DNA of 32,000 nt from Candidatus Nanoclepta minutus (GTDB lineage: Archaea > Nanobdellota > Nanobdellia > Nanobdellales > Nanobdellaceae). Numbering within the stretch: the first letter of the stretch is position 1; the number at the start of each line of letters is the position of its first letter. The DNA lies in contig MWMI01000002.1 of assembly GCA_003568775.1 (NCBI GenBank), positions 67,161 through 99,160 on the forward strand, in the 5' to 3' direction. Position numbers and translations under genes: made by a program. Below are positions 26,679-32,000 of the stretch, one piece after another. The notes beneath the pieces were generated by a model. The model made no database searches and was not told the DNA's origin. It saw only the letters and a list, made by a program, of their open reading frames with translations.

Positions 26679-27164
26679 TTATTGTATCCTCTTTATACCC
26701 TGTATTGGTGGCGGAGGTATAGGTCTCCTAATCGTTCTCTCTTCCTTCTTCTCTTTTTCTTCCTTTAACTTTTCTATTTCAGATCTTAAATTATCCAAAG
26801 CTTCCAATATTCTTTTATTCAAATTTTCCATTTCTTCAACTTTCTTCTCAATATTTCCTGATTTAAGAGATGGTTTACCTTCAATATAAAATAGTGCAGC
26901 TTCTTTAAATATGTTTAACAATTCTTTTAAATCTTTACTCAACCCATTTATTACAACTATAAGTTCTGATATCTTAGCATGTAATTCTAAGTTGCTTTTG
27001 ATTAAACTATTTATAATATCTTTATAGATCTTATCCGAACCCTCTGAATTTTCTTCCGATTCAACTGGCTCTTTCTTTAATTCGTTTATCGATTCCTTAA
27101 CATCATAAATCTCTTTTACTATTTTCTCCAATACTTTGGATAGATCATCCCTATTCTGACCCAT
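26679..27164 (-). CDS. Hypothetical coiled-coil protein with Pro-rich C-terminal tail
   Basis: Heptad-rich ISELIVVINGLSKDLKEL and VEEMENLNKRILEALDNLRSEIEKLKEEKEKKEER, ending RRPIPPPPIQGIKRIQ. Confidence 0.7.
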   Translation of the reverse strand: MGQNRDDLSKVLEKIVKEIYDVKESINELKKEPVESEENSEGSDKIYKDIINSLIKSNLELHAKISELIVVINGLSKDLKELLNIFKEAALFYIEGKPSLKSGNIEKKVEEMENLNKRILEALDNLRSEIEKLKEEKEKKEERTIRRPIPPPPIQGIKRIQ

Positions 27165-27218
27165 AAAAATTCTTTATGTATTCAGGGTTTTATAAATAAT
27201 TATTAAAAAAGAAATCGT

Positions 27219-28859
27219 CTATTCTATTTCAGTTTCTTCCCCAGTTTCTTCTTTTCCACCCTTTCCTTCCTCTCTCTTTATAGCTGCTATTACATCGTCT
27301 ATCTTCAATATCATTATTGCTGCCTCTGTAGCAGACTTTATTGCCTGTATAGTAATATCTGCTGGCTCTATAACTCCTATTTCCCACATATCAGCAACCT
27401 TTCCCTCAACAGCATCAATTCCGTACCATACCTTTCCGTCCTCATGTGCAGCTCTTAGCTCTGACATAGCTTCTATAGTATCCATACCTGCATTCTCTGC
27501 TAAAGCCGATGGTACAGCCTCTAATGCATCTGCAAATGCTAGCATAGCCATCTGTATCTTTGATGGATGCTTCTTGGCTTCCTTTCTAATCTTCTCTGCT
27601 AATTCTATTTCTATAGCTCCTCCCCCTGCTATTACTTTCCTTCTTCTTATAACATTGGCAACATCCTTTATAGCATCGTTTATTGATCTTTCAGCTTCCT
27701 CAGCTACATGTTCCGATCCTGCCCTAATTAATATGGTTACTGCCTTTGGATTCTTACATCCCATTACAAATATCATGTTTTCATCAGCAACCTTTCTCTC
27801 TTCTACAATCTCTGCATAACCTAGATCACTTTGGGTTAGTTCCTCTATGGAAGATACAATCTTTGCACCAGTAGCTCTAGAGAGCTTATCCATATCAGAC
27901 TTCTTTACCCTTCTTACAGCGAGTATTCCATATTTTGCTAGGTAATATGCTGCTACATCATCTATTCCCTTTTGTACAAATACTACATTAGCTCCTACTT
28001 CTTTTATTTTTTCTACCATCTTCTTCAATATCTCTTGCTCCTTCTTTAAAAATGCTTCTAACTGATCTGGTGAAGTTATATTTATTCTAGCATCTGTTTC
28101 TGTTTTTTTAACTTCAATTGCTTCCCCTATTAGTGCTATCTTTGCATTTCTTACTATTTTTGGCATACCAGAATGCACTCTCTCCTTATCTATTACTATA
28201 CCATCTATCAACTCTGTTTCCTCCATTCCCCCTCCTATCTTCTTCTCAACTTTTATAGCATCTAAATCTACAATTATCTTGCCGGCCTCGGTATAAGTTA
28301 CCTTCTTAACCGCATCTACAACTATCTTAGCAATCTTATCACCATATATTCCAGCAACCTTAGAGGCCAATGCTGCCTTAGCAACTTTAGTTAGAGTTTC
28401 TTCATCCTCTAAGTTTATTTCTTTAGATAATCCAATTACATGCCTTTCAGCTAATTCTGCAGCCCTCCTATATCCCTCTATTATTACAGTTGCATGGATA
28501 TTTCTATCTAATAGCTCTCCAGCTTTCTTCAATAGCTCTCCAGTAAGTACTACAGACCTCTTAGTTCCATCCCCAACTTCTTTATCCAAAGTCTTTGCTA
28601 CTTCTATTATTAACTTTGCTGCTGGATGTTCTACATGCATCTCATCTAGTATTGTTGCTCCATCGTTAGTTACTGTAATGTCTCCTAACTCATCTACTAG
28701 CATCTTATCCATTCCTCTGGGTCCTAGAGAAGTTTTTAGGATCTCTCCCACTATCACCGCTGCTGTTATATTCGACCTTACAGCCTCTCTTCCAACCGCT
28801 CTCGCATATTTTTCAGGTAATAATACGATAGGATAAACTGTTCTTCCTTCCTCAGCCAT
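27219..28859 (-). CDS. Thermosome subunit (group II chaperonin)
   Basis: SLGPRGMDKMLVD, TNDGATILDEMHVEHPAAKLI, GDGTKRSVVLTGELL, GGGAIEIELAEKI, YGIDAVEGKVADMWEIGVIEP. Confidence 0.98.
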   Translation of the reverse strand: MAEEGRTVYPIVLLPEKYARAVGREAVRSNITAAVIVGEILKTSLGPRGMDKMLVDELGDITVTNDGATILDEMHVEHPAAKLIIEVAKTLDKEVGDGTKRSVVLTGELLKKAGELLDRNIHATVIIEGYRRAAELAERHVIGLSKEINLEDEETLTKVAKAALASKVAGIYGDKIAKIVVDAVKKVTYTEAGKIIVDLDAIKVEKKIGGGMEETELIDGIVIDKERVHSGMPKIVRNAKIALIGEAIEVKKTETDARINITSPDQLEAFLKKEQEILKKMVEKIKEVGANVVFVQKGIDDVAAYYLAKYGILAVRRVKKSDMDKLSRATGAKIVSSIEELTQSDLGYAEIVEERKVADENMIFVMGCKNPKAVTILIRAGSEHVAEEAERSINDAIKDVANVIRRRKVIAGGGAIEIELAEKIRKEAKKHPSKIQMAMLAFADALEAVPSALAENAGMDTIEAMSELRAAHEDGKVWYGIDAVEGKVADMWEIGVIEPADITIQAIKSATEAAIMILKIDDVIAAIKREEGKGGKEETGEETEIE

Positions 28860-28882
28860 GTTATATATATAATACAGAAGAT

Positions 28883-29380
28883 TTAAAAGTTAATTCCAGG
28901 ATAATTTGATTTAATTATTTCTAAAATATTTTTAACAATTTTTTCTATATCCTCTCTATTATTATTATAAAAAGTATAGTATACCTTCCCCATACTTTCC
29001 AGTTCATCTTCTATAACCTCCAAATTCATCGCCCAAATGTTTTCGAATATCTTATGGTAAGGATATCCTCTCTCCTCCAACCTTTTATACAGAATGTTTG
29101 GATCTGTCCTTATTACTATATAGAGATCTGCAGGGATTAGATGTGAAAAGTTTCCATCTATTACATAAATTTTTCCTACTTCAAAAATATTAGATATCTC
29201 TCTAATTAAAGCTTCTTCATCGACAATGTAAGTATTGTTTGCTTCATCATAAGATATTATAAGGTCTCTTTCCTTAGCAAAATCTAAAAGGTTTATATAA
29301 ACAGCATTCAACCCATTAGCTAGCTCCTTCGCTATTGTGGTCTTACCTACACCAGCTACCCCAGTAATACATATTATCAT
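28883..29380 (-). CDS. AK6/Fap7-type adenylate kinase-like P-loop protein
   Basis: Walker A CITGVAGVGKTTIAKEL, YVIDGNFSHLIPADLYIVIRTDPNILYKRLEERGYPYHKIFENIWAMNLEV. Confidence 0.87.
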   Translation of the reverse strand: MIICITGVAGVGKTTIAKELANGLNAVYINLLDFAKERDLIISYDEANNTYIVDEEALIREISNIFEVGKIYVIDGNFSHLIPADLYIVIRTDPNILYKRLEERGYPYHKIFENIWAMNLEVIEDELESMGKVYYTFYNNNREDIEKIVKNILEIIKSNYPGINF

Positions 29381-30111
29381 GCCCTACTCAGCTCAAATAT
29401 TGATTTATCTGATTTTAGAGGGTTAGTAACTTCTGAACATTTAAATGGGATTGTCAATAGAACGGAAAATAAACCTTCAAAGAATCCTTCCGAGAAATAA
29501 TTCTTTATTTTATCCTTATCTTCTATAACTTCCTCTATATCCTTTATTACTTCTGTTTCTACAATATTAGAAGCCGTTATCTTCATATTAACTTCCTTCA
29601 TATTTATTTCAACATTTTCTATATTTCCAAAGCCCATCTTCTCATATAATTTTACGATCCTCTCCAAAACATCTTCCCTTACTATCTTCTCTGTACCCGA
29701 GTACGTCTTATATACGGTACCTATCAAAATTCCAAACCTCTTCCCTATGTTTCTAATAACGTTATAGTCCTTTAGCTCTAAATATAGTATCTGAAGGATT
29801 TCTATTGGGATTATAACAAACTTCATATCACCCAAAACATAGTTCTTCTTTTCATCATCAAACCTCAACATTTTATTCAAAACTGATTCCGCATTGTATA
29901 TGATCTCTAGTAAGTTTATATCTTCGCTTAAATACCATACCTTCGCCTTTCCAACTATTCTATACCCTAAATATCCCCTCTCCCTCAGTATTTCTAGATG
30001 CTTAGATAGAGTTATCCTATTTATCTTAATCAAACGAGAAAGTTCGGATATAGTAAGACCATAAGGATTCTGTTGAAGAGCTTCGATTATCCTCTTTTCT
30101 ATAACATTCAT
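29377..30111 (-). CDS. Winged helix-turn-helix transcriptional regulator
   Basis: IEALQQNPYGLTISELSRLIKINRITLSKHLEILRERGYLGYRIVGKAKVWYLS. Confidence 0.82.
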   Translation of the reverse strand: MNVIEKRIIEALQQNPYGLTISELSRLIKINRITLSKHLEILRERGYLGYRIVGKAKVWYLSEDINLLEIIYNAESVLNKMLRFDDEKKNYVLGDMKFVIIPIEILQILYLELKDYNVIRNIGKRFGILIGTVYKTYSGTEKIVREDVLERIVKLYEKMGFGNIENVEINMKEVNMKITASNIVETEVIKDIEEVIEDKDKIKNYFSEGFFEGLFSVLLTIPFKCSEVTNPLKSDKSIFELSRA

Positions 30112-30155
30112 AAAAAATATTTTCTCGTGTAAGATTTATATATTATTTATCTTTA

Positions 30156-30758
30156 TTGTTTATCATGAAACGCTTCTGGCTTCTAATAATAATATTGGCA
30201 ATAATCATTGTATCCCCATCAATCTTTGTTTATAATAACTTCAAGGAAACCGGGCCCCTAAATAGATATTGTAACGATATTGGATGCGTATATACCAAAT
30301 ACAAAATAGGAGACTTAAAGGACATCCCGATAAACTCTAATGGAAATTTAAGTTATCTAAGAGACTTTAATATAACTTTTATATTTATAGATCCTGTATT
30401 GCTAAATTCTCAATTAAGCGGAAACTTCTCAGTTTCTTATTTAAATTTAGTCATAGCCCTGAATAACTTTGCTATATATTCAAATAAAAGTTTAAGAACC
30501 ATTGGTGTTTGTACGAAAATTGGTGAGGAATGCAATTATTATACAAACAACTCTCTAGATGAGTACTTCTGGTTATTCTATAAAAATGAGACATATTTAA
30601 TAAACGGTACAAAGGTTTTGAGGATATATATAGTAAATTCTACGGAAAATGAGATAGAAATAGATAGGAACTTTATATTCTTAAAGGGTGATGAAAAGGG
30701 AATTACGAGGGTTTTAGATAAGTTCTTATTATATTGGTATGGAATTATCGATAGTTAG
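30156..30758 (+). CDS. Hypothetical secreted/membrane-anchored protein
   Basis: N-terminal hydrophobic segment WLLIIILAIIIVSPSIFVY then polar ectodomain with multiple cysteines; overlaps next gene by 20 nt. Confidence 0.68.
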   Translation: MFIMKRFWLLIIILAIIIVSPSIFVYNNFKETGPLNRYCNDIGCVYTKYKIGDLKDIPINSNGNLSYLRDFNITFIFIDPVLLNSQLSGNFSVSYLNLVIALNNFAIYSNKSLRTIGVCTKIGEECNYYTNNSLDEYFWLFYKNETYLINGTKVLRIYIVNSTENEIEIDRNFIFLKGDEKGITRVLDKFLLYWYGIIDS

Positions 30759-31209
30759 GGCAATATTAAACTATCAGTTTGGGGATAAGGTTGGAGACAG
30801 GATAGTTGAGAAGTATAAAGATAGTATAAAAGTTGAAGTTAGCAAGAATACTGGGAGAATAAGGAGGGTTTATATAGATGACAAACTCTTTGGCACTATA
30901 GAACCAACAACAGGTTTTATAATACCATCCTTTTTTGGAGGAGAAATAATTAAGGGATTCTTAGAGTATCCAAAATATAGAGTTGTAGTTTCTGATGATT
31001 CATTACCTTTCATAAAAGAAGGAAAATCTGTATTCTGTAAATTCGTTGTTGAAATCGATGATAGTATATTACCAGAGGACATAGTATTCGTAGTGGATGG
31101 TAAGGATAATCTAATTGCGGTTGGGATAGCAAGGTTGTCTGCATCAGAAATAAAGAGCTTTAATAGGGGAGTTGCAGTAAAAATAAAGCATGTTGGAGGT
31201 AATATATAA
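30739..31209 (+). CDS. PUA-domain protein
   Basis: C-terminal VVVSDDSLPFIKEGKSVFCKFVVEIDDSILPEDIVFVVDGKDNLIAVGIARLSASEIKSFNRGVAVKI matches PUA domain pattern. Confidence 0.85.
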   Translation: MELSIVRAILNYQFGDKVGDRIVEKYKDSIKVEVSKNTGRIRRVYIDDKLFGTIEPTTGFIIPSFFGGEIIKGFLEYPKYRVVVSDDSLPFIKEGKSVFCKFVVEIDDSILPEDIVFVVDGKDNLIAVGIARLSASEIKSFNRGVAVKIKHVGGNI

Positions 31210-31744
31210 AAAGATAATTCCTAAGGATTACTTAGATATAATAAACAGTAAAGAACTTTATAGAAGATTATTCAAACTATCCATATTCTTATTCAACCTA
31301 TCAATATATTCCATTCCACTTTTATTGTTCCATTTAGGCTTAATAAAGATACCAATAGAAGTCTTATCTTCCTATACAGACATAATAGGAAGGCTATTGA
31401 TCATGGAAAAGGAAATACTGTCTAACAATATAGTAGTTAAAAGTTTTGTATTCCAAATAGATCAGGAATGTATGGGAATAAAGTCAATATTGGGCTTTTT
31501 TGCTATAATGATGTCTACCCCAACTAAAGAAATAAAAAGGAGATTTCTATACTTTCTAATATTTTCTCCAATAGTGTTCTCTCTAAACATTCTAAGGATC
31601 CTATCTACAGTTTATGGCTTCTATTTTTATAACTTAGATCCAGGCTTCTTCCACAACTTCCTATGGGAAGTTCTAAACGTTATTGCTATAGGTAGTTTAT
31701 GGGCGGTCTTTTATATCAAAAATAAAGATAATACCTTATTTTAA
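31190..31744 (+). CDS. Exosortase/archaeosortase-family transpeptidase-like membrane protein
   Basis: Predicted catalytic residues in family context: QECMGIKSILGFF (Cys), SLNILRILSTVY (Arg), FFHNFLWE (His); multiple TM helices. Confidence 0.82.
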   Translation: MLEVIYKKIIPKDYLDIINSKELYRRLFKLSIFLFNLSIYSIPLLLFHLGLIKIPIEVLSSYTDIIGRLLIMEKEILSNNIVVKSFVFQIDQECMGIKSILGFFAIMMSTPTKEIKRRFLYFLIFSPIVFSLNILRILSTVYGFYFYNLDPGFFHNFLWEVLNVIAIGSLWAVFYIKNKDNTLF

Positions 31745-31993
31745 CTTAATTAAATCTTCTAATATTCTTCTAAATTCTTCATATTCTTCTCTACTGAGCT
31801 TCTCTATAAAGAAAACTTTACCATCCCTTACAAACAACCTAACATAGTCTCCTTCTGAAATTCCCATAGGAATTGCCTCTAGATCGTAATACTTCCTCTC
31901 CCCGCCAGCCTCAACGAGTATTCTATCCTTCTTTATTTCCCTTATAACTCCATAGATTAAACCCTCATTCAAATGCAGGAAACCCTCATACAT
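31736..31993 (-). CDS. Hypothetical small beta-rich protein
   Basis: 85-aa ORF, IYGVIREIKKDRILVEAGGERKYYDLEAIP...GDYVRLFVRDGKVFFIEK resembles a small OB/SH3-like barrel; convergent with the archaeosortase-like gene. Confidence 0.55.
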   Translation of the reverse strand: MYEGFLHLNEGLIYGVIREIKKDRILVEAGGERKYYDLEAIPMGISEGDYVRLFVRDGKVFFIEKLSREEYEEFRRILEDLIKLK

Positions 31994-32000
31994 AAATTGA

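Noticed and set aside
27574-27819. Antisense ORF (81 aa) inside the thermosome gene
   Set aside because: Antisense shadow ORF inside a certain CDS.
1-32000. CRISPR array, transposon or prophage
   Set aside because: No regularly spaced repeats, transposase/integrase motifs or terminal inverted repeats recognised by eye; the only substantial repeat seen is the pilin 5' duplication.

Overview
AT-rich, gene-dense archaeal chromosomal window. Small streamlined genes, single-nucleotide and 4-nt gene overlaps, an intron-bearing tRNA, Cbf5, HerA, Mre11/Rad50, thermosome and archaeal uS4/uS11/uS13 all point to an archaeon. A nanoarchaeal/DPANN-type symbiont is my inference, not proven here. The content is mostly informational: ribosomal proteins, Cbf5, RNase HII, RtcA, AlaX, a MiaB-like methylthiotransferase, a SpoU/TrmJ methyltransferase, a PUA protein, an RPA-like OB-fold protein, thermosome, an AK6-like kinase, and three tRNAs (Met-type CAU with a 37-nt intron, Cys, Ser). 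The accessory content is more interesting: (i) a DegV (FakB-like) + DAK2 (FakA-like) pair next to a DedA-like gene, which looks like a bacterial-type acyl/lipid kinase module in an archaeon; (ii) a type IV pilus-like locus with a secretion ATPase, several pilin-like proteins, a tandem pilin pair with a 161-nt near-identical segment (158/161), and a Pro-tailed coiled-coil protein; (iii) an archaeosortase-like gene in a three-gene overlapping set; (iv) a GC-rich island at ~21793-21854 that is poor coding sequence for this genome and may be a small structured RNA; (v) tRNA-Cys and tRNA-Ser that are identical outside the anticodon/variable region except for 3 nt in the 5' segment and the discriminator base. 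No CRISPR array, transposase or integrase was recognised.
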